DNA from: an uncultured Oscillospiraceae bacterium
GTDB taxonomy: Bacteria; Bacillota; Clostridia; Oscillospirales; Oscillospiraceae
DNA length: 64,000 nt
Direction of reading: 5' to 3'
Assembly: GCA_944385435.1 (NCBI GenBank)
Contig: CALWXG010000002.1
Location: 18,806-82,805 of the forward strand
This document shows positions 27,105 through 35,341 of this stretch, one piece after another. Under the pieces are notes generated by a model. That model was not told the DNA's origin. It did not search any database and saw only the letters and a program-made list of their open reading frames with translations. The translations under genes and the position numbers were made by a program. Every line of letters begins with the position of its first letter. Positions within the stretch are counted from its first letter, which is position 1.

Positions 27105-27680
27105 ATGCCATTACCAGCACCAAAGGCCCGATACACCTTTGCTGACTGTCTCACCTGGGGAGAGAGTCAGCATATCGAGATCATCAACGGGGAGGCCGTT
27201 ATGATGGCCCCGCCGACACGCATTCACCAGGAGATTCTAATGGAGCTATCCAGACAGCTTGCAAACTTCCTGGAGGGGAAAAAGTACAAAGTATATCCCG
27301 CCCCCTTCGCTGTCCGCCTGCTTGAGAAGGACGGCGATGCTCCGGACGATGTGGACACGATGGTGGAACCGGATATTTCCGTGGTGTGCGACCATGACAA
27401 GCTGGACGAATACGGCTGTAAGGGGGCGCCGGATCTGGTGGTGGAAATTCTCTCCCCCTCCACGCAGCGGAATGACCGGCTTACAAAATTCAATCTCTAT
27501 CAGCGGACCGGGGTACGGGAATACTGGATCGTTGATCCAGAGAATAAGAATATACAGGTGTTCTTGCTGGATGGGAATGCTCTGCACCCCCATGAAGTAT
27601 ACAGCGAGAAGGACATTGCGAAGGTGAGCGTTCTGGACGGCTGCTTCATTGAACTGTCGAAGGTGTTTCCTGCTGAATAG
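27105..27680 (+). CDS. Uma2 family (DUF820) PD-(D/E)xK-like endonuclease
   Basis: YTFADCLTWGESQHIEIINGEAVMMAPPTRIHQEI...EPDISVVCD...APDLVVEILSPST...DRLTKFNLYQRTGVREYWIVDP is the Uma2 signature. ATG 27105 lies 7 nt after GGAGG. The region overlaps the RHH stop. Confidence 0.8.
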   Translation: MPLPAPKARYTFADCLTWGESQHIEIINGEAVMMAPPTRIHQEILMELSRQLANFLEGKKYKVYPAPFAVRLLEKDGDAPDDVDTMVEPDISVVCDHDKLDEYGCKGAPDLVVEILSPSTQRNDRLTKFNLYQRTGVREYWIVDPENKNIQVFLLDGNALHPHEVYSEKDIAKVSVLDGCFIELSKVFPAE

Positions 27681-27776
27681 CTTCTTTTGGGATTGCAAAA
27701 GGCGTAATAAATAACACTAAAAAACGGAAAAATATATCACAAATACGTCATAGCCTAAACTTTTACGGAGGTATTT

Positions 27777-28001
27777 GTGGCATATAAAATGTTAACCTTG
27801 AAGAAGAAAGCTCGTGAATCTGGATATTCCCTGCAATGTGGGCGGCAGCACTATCTTCATGAAGGGTGGGGTATTGTGCGTGACTTGGCTGGTGAGCCGA
27901 TTATGGGGTATCAAATATATAGTTACTCTGACGGCGCTCTGGTTGCTGGATACGACGACATAAAAACCACACACTTACAGAAGATGAGGCCGTACCAGTA
28001 A
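27777..28001 (+). CDS. small hypothetical protein (74 aa), probably a truncated remnant ending inside the repeat
   Basis: GTG 5 nt after GGAGG. Sequence MAYKMLTLKKKARESGYSLQCGRQHYLHEGWGIVRDLAGEPIMGYQIY... The last 3 codons and the stop are supplied by repeat copy 2. Confidence 0.35.
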   Translation: MAYKMLTLKKKARESGYSLQCGRQHYLHEGWGIVRDLAGEPIMGYQIYSYSDGALVAGYDDIKTTHLQKMRPYQ

Positions 28002-28045
28002 AAACCGCTCATTCCGAAAGGAATGGGCGGTTTTCTGTACTTTTT
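27989..28045. repeat. direct repeat copy 2 (attR-like)
   Basis: Identical to 26703-26748 over 46 nt, then CT for TC, then GTACTTTTT shared. It contains a second copy of the terminator hairpin but no tRNA body. Confidence 0.9.
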
Positions 28046-28151
28046 GAAAAAATTGCAATCGATCCTTTTGCAGCTTGCCGCAGGTTTGGCGCCAGACAGG
28101 GCAGGCGGTTCCGCATTGATTTTTCAAACTCAGATGAGAGATGCTGCAAGA

Positions 28152-28195
28152 CAGCGCCCGGCTCTTTTCTCCCAGAGCCGGGCGCTGCGTTTTAT
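28152..28195 (+). terminator. terminator-like hairpin in otherwise non-coding DNA
   Basis: CAGCGCCCGGCTCT tttctccc AGAGCCGGGCGCTG followed by cgTTTTa. No convincing gene lies upstream of it. Confidence 0.45.
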
Positions 28196-28242
28196 CCGTT
28201 GACGATTGTTTTCCGAATTCGGTTGTTCTTTGCAAATAACAA

Positions 28243-28293
28243 TTGACACGGTGTCAGAATGATGGTATAGTGTAGATACTGACACAGCGTCAG
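28243..28293 (+). promoter_or_regulatory. strong promoter of the redox cluster flanked by two palindromes (candidate TetR operators)
   Basis: TTGACA (28243-28248), 17-nt spacer, TATAGT (28266-28271). Palindrome TGACAC-g-GTGTCA (28244-28256) lies over the -35. CTGAC-acagc-GTCAG (28279-28293) lies at the predicted start site. Confidence 0.55.
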
Positions 28294-28396
28294 AACAGAA
28301 CGTATGGATGGAACATGAAAAACCGGTATTCCGAGATGCCGAATGACAGCGTGTGCAAAGACTTCGGTGCGCCAATTTGATTGAGGAGGAAACAGC

Positions 28397-29287
28397 ATGA
28401 AGGCCAAGGTTTACTTTACAAAGGAAATGACGCCGGAAGCAGTGGTCAGACTGTACCACGCACTGGGATTGGATCTGCCCGGCAAGGTGGCGGTGAAGGT
28501 CCATTCCGGGGAGAAGGGAAACCAGAACTACCTGCATCCGGAATTCTGGCAGCCCATGGTGGAAGAAGTCGGCGGCACCATTGTGGAGTGCAATACCGCT
28601 TACGGTGATGCCTCCGGCGGCGTGCGGGACAACACGGATTCCCACTGGAAGCTGCTGGAGGAGCACGGCTGGACCAAATATTTCAATGTGGACCTGATGG
28701 ATGCCGAGGGGCCGGATGTGGTTTGGCCCATCCCCAACGGCAAGGTGCTCAAGGAGAACCACCTGGGCAAGAATATTGAGCAGTACGACTCCATGCTGGT
28801 GCTGGCCCACTTCAAGGGGCACCCCATGGGCGGATACGGCGGAGCGCTGAAGCAGCTGTCCATCGGCTGTGCCAGCCGGGCGGGCAAGGCCCTGATCCAC
28901 TCCGCCGGCAAGACGGATGACCGCTATGAGACCTGGAAGCAGCACGCCGATTTTGTCGTGTTCCCCGAGGCCATGGCTGACGCGGCCATGAGCGTGGTAG
29001 AACATTTCAAGGGAAAGATTGCCTTCATCAACGTCATGAAAAACCTCTCCGTGGACTGTGACTGCTGTATGGTGGCAGAGGACCCCTGCATGAAGGACAT
29101 TGGCATTCTGGCCTCCCTGGATCCTGTGGCCATTGACCAGGCCTGCATTGACCTGGTGATGGCATCGGACGACCCGGGCAAGGAGCACTTTATGGAGCGG
29201 GTGAACAGCCGCAACGGCATCCACACCATCGAGGCCGCCGCTGAGCTGGGCTATGGCTCCCGGGAATATGAGCTGATTGAACTGTGA
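28397..29287 (+). CDS. DUF362 domain protein
   Basis: [20 protein letters not shown]...[13 protein letters not shown]...ECNTAY...[26 protein letters not shown]...NLSVDCDCC is DUF362-like. GAGGAGGAA SD. Confidence 0.7.
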   Translation: MKAKVYFTKEMTPEAVVRLYHALGLDLPGKVAVKVHSGEKGNQNYLHPEFWQPMVEEVGGTIVECNTAYGDASGGVRDNTDSHWKLLEEHGWTKYFNVDLMDAEGPDVVWPIPNGKVLKENHLGKNIEQYDSMLVLAHFKGHPMGGYGGALKQLSIGCASRAGKALIHSAGKTDDRYETWKQHADFVVFPEAMADAAMSVVEHFKGKIAFINVMKNLSVDCDCCMVAEDPCMKDIGILASLDPVAIDQACIDLVMASDDPGKEHFMERVNSRNGIHTIEAAAELGYGSREYELIEL

Positions 29288-29309
29288 GTCGAAAGAGGGG
29301 CGCAAAAAG

Positions 29310-29780
29310 ATGGGCAAGAGTTTGGTGGCGTATTTTTCCGCCAGTGGCGTGACGGCCCGCGTGGCGGAGGAACTGGCTCAGGCAGTGGGAGCGGACCTGT
29401 ATGAGATCACACCGGTCCAGCCCTACACCAATGCCGACCTGGACTGGACGGACCGGAAGAGCCGTTCCACCCTGGAGATGAACGATCCGGCCTGCCGCCC
29501 TGCCATTGCCAGACCGGTGGAGCACATGGAGCAGTATGACACCGTGTTTGTGGGCTTTCCCGTGTGGTGGTATGTGGAGCCCAGGATTGTGGACACCTTC
29601 CTGGAGAGCTATGATTTTTCCGGGAAAACGCTCATTCCCTTTGCCACGTCCGGCGGCAGCGGGATCGGCAAGGCGGAGCAGAGCCTGCGGGAGCACTGCC
29701 CGGGCGGGAGCTGGAAAAAAGGCCGGCTGCTGAACGGCGCGGGTGCGGCCGACTGGGCCAGACAGATGATGAACGAATAA
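29310..29780 (+). CDS. flavodoxin family protein (Flavodoxin_4-like), cytoplasmic
   Basis: [33 protein letters not shown]...[41 protein letters not shown]. Confidence 0.8.
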   Translation: MGKSLVAYFSASGVTARVAEELAQAVGADLYEITPVQPYTNADLDWTDRKSRSTLEMNDPACRPAIARPVEHMEQYDTVFVGFPVWWYVEPRIVDTFLESYDFSGKTLIPFATSGGSGIGKAEQSLREHCPGGSWKKGRLLNGAGAADWARQMMNE

Positions 29781-29852
29781 GAAAACGGCATCACCGGGCA
29801 CCGCCGAGGCTGCAGGGCGGTGCCCGTTCTGCCGGAAAGGAGGGCGTGCGCT

Positions 29853-30527
29853 ATGCCGAAGGGGTCGGAAGAGCTGACCAATTCCAGAAAAGAGGAAATC
29901 ATCAACGCCTGCGCTCAGCTCTATGAGACCATGGGATTCCGGGACATCACCATCCGGGACATCGGGGAAAAGACTTCCTTTACCCGCACTTCCATTTACA
30001 ATTACTTTCAGACCAAGGAAGAAATCTTCCTGGCCCTGCTGCAGCGGGAACACGAGGTGTGGATTGCGGATCTGGAGGCGCTGGCATCCCGCCGGGACAA
30101 GCTGTCCACAGAGCAGTTTGCGGATGCGCTGGCCCGCACCCTGGAGAAGCGGGGCTGTATGCTCAAACTCATGAGCATGAACCTCTACGACATGGAGCGA
30201 AACAGCCGGCTGGAAAATCTGGTGGCGTTCAAACAGGCCTATGCGGATACGCTGTCGGCCATCCGGACCTGCCTGAACCGGTTTTTCCCCGCCATGGAGG
30301 AAAAGGAGATCCGGGATTTTCTCTATTCCTTTTTCCCGTTCCTGTTCGGGGTGTATCCCTATACCACATCCACTGAGAAACAGAGACAGGCGATGGAAGC
30401 CGTGGGAGTGGAAGTGCCGCAGTGTACCATTTACGACTTGACCAAGCCCCTGGTGGAAAAGCTTCTGAAGGCTTCCGGGGAGCGGCACAGATCCGCCGGC
30501 GGCACTGGAAAGGAAGAGATCACATGA
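29853..30527 (+). CDS. TetR/AcrR family transcriptional regulator
   Basis: SRKEEIINACAQLYETMGFRDITIRDIGEKTSFTRTSIYNYFQTKEEIFLALL. ATG 29853 after GGAAAGGAGGG. Confidence 0.88.
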   Translation: MPKGSEELTNSRKEEIINACAQLYETMGFRDITIRDIGEKTSFTRTSIYNYFQTKEEIFLALLQREHEVWIADLEALASRRDKLSTEQFADALARTLEKRGCMLKLMSMNLYDMERNSRLENLVAFKQAYADTLSAIRTCLNRFFPAMEEKEIRDFLYSFFPFLFGVYPYTTSTEKQRQAMEAVGVEVPQCTIYDLTKPLVEKLLKASGERHRSAGGTGKEEIT

Positions 30528-31189
30528 GACAAGCAAACGGTATTCTGGCATTGCTCCTGGCGGTGTGCCTGTCGCTGGGCCTGGCCGCCTGCGGGGGAGA
30601 GGCTCAGCCCAGTCAGCAGCCGGAGGAATCCCCGCCGGCCCAGACCCAACCGCAGGAGAGCCCCTCCGCCGTGCCCTCCCAGGCCCCGGAGGAGACGCCG
30701 GAAGCGGAGGGCGCAAATATCCTGGTGGCCTATTTTTCTGCCTCCGGAAACACAAAAGGGGTGGCAGAGCGCATCGCGCAGCTCACCGGCGCGGACCTCT
30801 ATGAGATTGTCCCGGCCCAGCCCTACACCGACGCGGACCTGGATTACACAGATCCCAACAGCCGCTCCCAGGTGGAGGGGGACGACCCGGATGCCCGGCC
30901 GGAGATTGCCGGCGGGGTGGAGGAGATGGAGGCATACACCACCGTATTCCTGGGGTATCCCATCTGGAACGGCCAGGCCCCCAGGATCATCTCCACCTTC
31001 CTGGAGAGCTACGACTTTTCCGGCAAGACCATCGTGCCCTTCTGCACCTCCGGCAGCAGTCCCATCGGGTCCAGCGCCCGGAATGTGGAGGGCCTGACCA
31101 CCGGCGCCACCTGGCTGGAGGGCCAGCGGTTTGCTGCGGGGGTCTCCGCTGAGGAACTCCAGGCCTGGCTGGACGGTCTGGCGCTCTGA
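30524..31189 (+). CDS. lipoprotein flavodoxin (Flavodoxin_4-like domain behind a lipobox and a Pro/Gln/Glu-rich linker)
   Basis: MRQANGILALLLAVCLSLGLAAC (lipobox LAAC), a linker of about 45 aa, then [30 protein letters not shown]...[42 protein letters not shown] paralogue of 29310-29780. ATGA overlap with the TetR stop. Confidence 0.8.
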   Translation: MRQANGILALLLAVCLSLGLAACGGEAQPSQQPEESPPAQTQPQESPSAVPSQAPEETPEAEGANILVAYFSASGNTKGVAERIAQLTGADLYEIVPAQPYTDADLDYTDPNSRSQVEGDDPDARPEIAGGVEEMEAYTTVFLGYPIWNGQAPRIISTFLESYDFSGKTIVPFCTSGSSPIGSSARNVEGLTTGATWLEGQRFAAGVSAEELQAWLDGLAL

Positions 31190-31204
31190 GAGGGGGACAC
31201 AGAA

Positions 31205-31774
31205 ATGAACATCGTCGTGCTGGAGGGCAGCCCGAACCGGCACGGCTCCTCCAACCTGCTGGCGGAGGAGTTCATCCGGGGCGCCCGGGAGGCCGGACAC
31301 ACCGTGGAGGTCATCGACGCGGCCCACGCCGACCTGCATCCCTGCACCGGCTGCGTCCACTGCGGATACGAGGGCCCCTGCGTCCAGAAGGACGACATGG
31401 AGCAGTTCAGAAAAGAGATCCTGGGCGCGGATATGATGGTATTTGTCACCCCGCTGTACTACTACGGCATGTCCGCCCAGCTGAAGACCCTGGTGGACCG
31501 GTTCTGCGCCATCAACAGCTCCATCACCCGAAAACACATGAAATCCGCCCTGATCGCCGCGGCCTGGAATGCGAACAGCTGGACCTTTCAGGCTCTGATC
31601 GTCCACTACAAAACCCTGGTGCGCTATCTGGAGCTGGAGGATATGGGGATGGTGCTGGGCTACGGGTGCGGTACAACCTCCATGACGGCCCGGTCCCAAT
31701 ATCCCAGGCAGGCCTATGAACTGGGCCGCGGACTGAAGTCATTGCAAAGCCGAACAAACAAAAAGGAGTCATGA
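31205..31774 (+). CDS. flavodoxin-like fold NAD(P)H-dependent FMN reductase / iron-sulfur flavoprotein-like protein
   Basis: MNIVVLEGSPNRHGSSNLLAEEF...LHPCTGCVHCGYEGPCVQKDDM...MMVFVTPLYYYGMSAQLKTLVDRF. Confidence 0.75.
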   Translation: MNIVVLEGSPNRHGSSNLLAEEFIRGAREAGHTVEVIDAAHADLHPCTGCVHCGYEGPCVQKDDMEQFRKEILGADMMVFVTPLYYYGMSAQLKTLVDRFCAINSSITRKHMKSALIAAAWNANSWTFQALIVHYKTLVRYLELEDMGMVLGYGCGTTSMTARSQYPRQAYELGRGLKSLQSRTNKKES

Positions 31775-31778
31775 GATC

Positions 31779-32825
31779 ATGAGTCAGAGAATGATGAAGG
31801 CCGCCGTGCTGGCGGGGCCGAAACAAATCGAAGTCAAGCAGGTTCCTGTTCCCGCGCTGAAACCCGGCGAGATCGAGATCAAAGTGTCTGCCTGCGGCGT
31901 ATGCGGCAGTGACGTGCATATGTGGAAGTCCGGCAAGGGCTGGGCGGAGCAGAACGGAGATTTCTGGATGGGCCATGAGTTCTGCGGTGTGGTCACCAAC
32001 CCCGGCGACAGCCGGTTCAAAGTGGGGGACCGGGTGACCTTCTGGGCCAACCTGTACTGCGGAACGTGCGATATGTGCCGGGCCGGACAGGAGCAGCTGT
32101 GCCGGGAGGTAAACGGGACAAATTACATCGGGTTTGTGTGCAACGGCGCCTATGCCCAGTATTTTGTGGGCAAGGCATCCAACGCTTATCTTCTGCCCGA
32201 CACGGTGTCCGATGTGGCCGCCGGCCTCATCGATCCGCTGATGGTGGCCTACCATGCGGTGCGCAAGTCCGGGATCCGGCTTCACGACAAGGTTCTGGTG
32301 GTGGGCAGCGGCATCATCGGTCAGATGATCGGTGAGCTGGCCAAAAAGGCTGGCGCCTCCTATGTGGCCATGTCCAAGGTGAGCGACGTCAAGACCCGGC
32401 GGGCCCGGGAGATCGGCATCTTCGACGACTATTTCGATGGAAACGACCCCCAGCGGGAGAAACTCCTGAAGGAGGCCTCCCACGGCGGCTTTGACCTCGC
32501 CTTCGAGGCGGTGGGCGCCAGTTCCTCTCTGGCTGCCTGCGTGGATGGGGTGCGTCCCGGCGGACGGATCGTCATGATCGGCAACTCCATCGACCCCGAA
32601 GTCTCCTTCGCCATGAACCGGGCCGTGCTCCAGGAGATGGAGCTCATCGGCAGCGTCTCCTGCACCCGGAAGGAATTTGAAGAGACCATTGACCTCATCG
32701 CCACCGGTATGATGGAGCCGGAGAAATATGTCACCGAAGTGCTGCCCCTGGAGGGGCTCCAGCACGCCTTTGAGCGGCAGACCGACCCCGGAGACCCCAT
32801 GGTGAAGTTTGTGGTCAGGCCCTGA
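31779..32825 (+). CDS. zinc-dependent alcohol dehydrogenase (MDR family)
   Basis: KVSACGVCGSDVHMW, GHEFCGVV, a structural-Zn Cys cluster (CGTCDMCRAGQEQLC), and a Rossmann GSGIIGQM. Confidence 0.88.
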   Translation: MSQRMMKAAVLAGPKQIEVKQVPVPALKPGEIEIKVSACGVCGSDVHMWKSGKGWAEQNGDFWMGHEFCGVVTNPGDSRFKVGDRVTFWANLYCGTCDMCRAGQEQLCREVNGTNYIGFVCNGAYAQYFVGKASNAYLLPDTVSDVAAGLIDPLMVAYHAVRKSGIRLHDKVLVVGSGIIGQMIGELAKKAGASYVAMSKVSDVKTRRAREIGIFDDYFDGNDPQREKLLKEASHGGFDLAFEAVGASSSLAACVDGVRPGGRIVMIGNSIDPEVSFAMNRAVLQEMELIGSVSCTRKEFEETIDLIATGMMEPEKYVTEVLPLEGLQHAFERQTDPGDPMVKFVVRP

Positions 32826-32851
32826 GTGACAATCGGAGGGAGGAACCGCAG

Positions 32852-33946
32852 ATGAAATACCGCATTCACCCGAAAACCGGGGATCAGATCAGTATGATCG
32901 GCATCGGAACCGGTCCTGTGGGGGATACGCCGGAGAAAGAGGCGGTGGCAGCCCTGAGCTTCGCCTATGAGAACGGCGTCAACTACGCAGACTTCGCCAC
33001 CGCGGGAGCCAAAACCTTCCGCTATGCGGGAGAGGCCTTTGCCTCAGTCCGGAAAAATCTGTTTTACCAGATCCATTTCGGGGCCAACTACGAGAGCGGC
33101 GAGTACGGCTGGACCACCGACCTGGACACCGTAAAGCGTCAGGTGGACTGGCAGCTGAGGGAGCTGAAGACCGATTACATCGATTTCGGCATGATCCACT
33201 GCCTGGATGAGAAGACGGATTGGGAGACCTATCAGAAAAATGGCGTTCTGGACTATCTGCTGGAGATGAGACAATCCGGCGTGGTCCGCCACATCGGGCT
33301 GAGCACCCACACCCCGGAGCTGGCGGCGCAGATCCTGGACACCGGGCTGGTGGAACAGATAATGTTCTCCATCAACCCATCCTATGACTACCAGCACGGG
33401 GAGTTTGCCATCGGCAGCGCCGGAGAACGCATGGCCCTGTACCGCCGGTGCGAGGCGGAGGGCATCGGCATCTCCGTCATGAAGCCCTATTCCGCCGGGC
33501 AGCTGCTCCAGGCGGAGACCTCCCCCTTCGGCCAGGCGCTGACCAAGGTGCAGTGCATCCAGTATGCCCTGGACAAGCCCGGCGTGGTTACGGTGCTGCC
33601 CGGCATCCGGAACACCGCGGACATGAAGGAGGCCCTGGCCTGGCTGGACGCCGATGCGCAGGCGCGGGATTATTCCGTGCTGGGCACCTTTACCCCCAAA
33701 GACGTCACCGGCACCTGCGTGTACTGCAATCACTGCGCCCCCTGTCCGGCGGGGCTGAACGTGGGCCTCATCAACAAGTACTATGACCTGGCGGTGATCG
33801 GGGACAGCATGGCTGCGGATCACTACAAGAAGCTGGACAAGCATGCCTCGGACTGCATCGGCTGCGGCCACTGCGACGGGCGGTGTCCCTTCCACGTGGC
33901 CCAGTCTGAGCGGATGAAGCGCATCGCGGAATATTTCGGATCCTGA
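32852..33946 (+). CDS. aldo/keto reductase with C-terminal 4Fe-4S binding domain
   Basis: AKR core (ISMIGIGTG..., DYIDFGMIHCLD, HIGLSTH) plus CVYCNHCAPCP and CIGCGHCDGRCP. Confidence 0.85.
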   Translation: MKYRIHPKTGDQISMIGIGTGPVGDTPEKEAVAALSFAYENGVNYADFATAGAKTFRYAGEAFASVRKNLFYQIHFGANYESGEYGWTTDLDTVKRQVDWQLRELKTDYIDFGMIHCLDEKTDWETYQKNGVLDYLLEMRQSGVVRHIGLSTHTPELAAQILDTGLVEQIMFSINPSYDYQHGEFAIGSAGERMALYRRCEAEGIGISVMKPYSAGQLLQAETSPFGQALTKVQCIQYALDKPGVVTVLPGIRNTADMKEALAWLDADAQARDYSVLGTFTPKDVTGTCVYCNHCAPCPAGLNVGLINKYYDLAVIGDSMAADHYKKLDKHASDCIGCGHCDGRCPFHVAQSERMKRIAEYFGS

Positions 33947-33994
33947 CCCGGAGGCCCCGGGCCGGATCCGGACAGGATGCAAATACAGAACTCC

Positions 33995-34040
33995 AACGCG
34001 GAGAAGCAGGCGGACGCAGCCTTGCTTCTCCGCGTTTTCT
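33995..34040 (+). terminator. rho-independent terminator closing the redox cluster
   Basis: ACGCGGAGAAGCA ggcggacgcagcct TGCTTCTCCGCGT followed by TTTTCT. Confidence 0.7.
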
Positions 34041-34058
34041 CCGGGCCGGAAAAGGAGC

Positions 34059-34100
34059 TTGACAAAACTGCCTATACTGTATATACTGTGTATACACGGA
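34059..34100 (+). promoter_or_regulatory. promoter plus repeated TATAC/GTATA operator-like motifs upstream of the GntR/YtrA gene
   Basis: TTGACA (34059-34064), 17-nt spacer, TATACT (34082-34087). The stretch CTATACTGTATATACTGTGTATACAC contains the palindromes GTATATAC and TGTATACA. Confidence 0.5.
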
Positions 34101-34116
34101 GAGGAGGGGCGCGAAA

Positions 34117-34488
34117 TTGGAGCTTCTGATTGACAACAAAAGCGGTGCGCCGATTTATGAGCAGATCTGTTCCCAGATCAAGGGGCAGATCATCAGCGGT
34201 GTGCTCCGGGAGGACGAACTGCTGCCCTCCATCCGCAGTCTGGCCAAGGATCTGCGCATCAGCGTCATCACCACCAAGCGGGCTTATGAGGAGCTGGAGC
34301 GGGAGGGCTTCCTCTATACGGTGGCCGGAAAGGGCTGCTACGTGGCGGCAAAAAATCCGGAGCTGATCCGGGAGGAGACCCTGAAAAAGATCGAGGCACA
34401 TCTGGAGGAGGCCATCCGGCTGGCATCGGTCTGTGATCTGAGCTGCGGGCAGCTGACGGAAATGCTTCGGATTCTGATGGAGGGATAG
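34117..34488 (+). CDS. GntR family transcriptional regulator, YtrA subfamily
   Basis: TTG start after GGAGAGGAGGGG. PIYEQICSQIKGQIISGVLREDELLPSIRSLAKDLRISVITTKRAYEELEREGFLYTVAGKGCYV. Short (123 aa), as is typical of YtrA. Confidence 0.88.
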   Translation: MELLIDNKSGAPIYEQICSQIKGQIISGVLREDELLPSIRSLAKDLRISVITTKRAYEELEREGFLYTVAGKGCYVAAKNPELIREETLKKIEAHLEEAIRLASVCDLSCGQLTEMLRILMEG

Positions 34489-34491
34489 CAC

Positions 34492-35340
34492 ATGTACGAA
34501 AACGCATTGGAGCTGCAGGGGCTGTGCAGGAGCCTGGGGGATTTTACCCTGGGCCCTCTGGACCTGGTGCTGCCCCGGGGCTGTGTGATGGGCCTGGTGG
34601 GGGAGAACGGGGCAGGGAAGAGCACCACCATGAAGCTGATCCTGGGCATGCTGCGCCCGGATGCCGGGCGCATCTCCATCCTGGGCCGGGAGGACGCCGG
34701 ACAGCTGCGGGAGCTGAAAGAGGAGCTGGGCGTGGTGCTGGACGAAGTGGGGCTGCCGGAGTGCCTGACCATCGGAGCGGTGGGGAAGGTGATGGCAGGC
34801 ACATTCCGCCGCTGGGACGAGTGCGCATACCAGGGGTACCTGCGCCGGTTCGCTCTGCCGGGGAACAAGCCCTTCCGGGAGTTTTCCCGGGGAATGAAAA
34901 TGAAGCTGGGCATTGCGGTCGCCCTGTCCCACCATCCGAAGCTTCTTCTGCTGGATGAGGCCACCAGCGGCCTGGATCCGGTGGTGCGGGACGAGGTGGT
35001 GGATCTGCTGGGGGAATTCACCCGGGACGAGGATCATGCGGTGCTGCTCTCCTCCCACATCGTCAGCGATCTGGAGAAGCTGTGCGACTACATCGCCTTT
35101 CTCCACCGGGGTCAGCTGCTGTTGTGTGAGGAGAAGGACCGGCTGAAGGAGCGCTACGGGGTGCTCCGCTGTACCCGGGAGACGCTGACGGCGCTGAATC
35201 CCGCAGCGGTGCTGGGCAAACGGGAGTCCCCCTATGGGGTGGAGGCCATCGTGGAGCGCAACCGGGTGCCCGCCGGTCTGGAGCTGGGCCCGGTGGACCT
35301 GGAGGATCTGTTTATTGTCATGGCAAAGGGGGAGCGGTAA
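34492..35340 (+). CDS. ABC transporter ATP-binding protein
   Basis: Walker A GENGAGKSTT, signature-like FSRGMKMK, Walker B LLLLDEATSGLD. Confidence 0.88.
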   Translation: MYENALELQGLCRSLGDFTLGPLDLVLPRGCVMGLVGENGAGKSTTMKLILGMLRPDAGRISILGREDAGQLRELKEELGVVLDEVGLPECLTIGAVGKVMAGTFRRWDECAYQGYLRRFALPGNKPFREFSRGMKMKLGIAVALSHHPKLLLLDEATSGLDPVVRDEVVDLLGEFTRDEDHAVLLSSHIVSDLEKLCDYIAFLHRGQLLLCEEKDRLKERYGVLRCTRETLTALNPAAVLGKRESPYGVEAIVERNRVPAGLELGPVDLEDLFIVMAKGER

Positions 35341-35341
35341 C

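Noticed and set aside
28130-29317. 395-aa minus-strand ORF.
   Set aside because: It is antisense to the DUF362 gene and runs through the promoter and leader. It has no SD and a shadow-frame composition.
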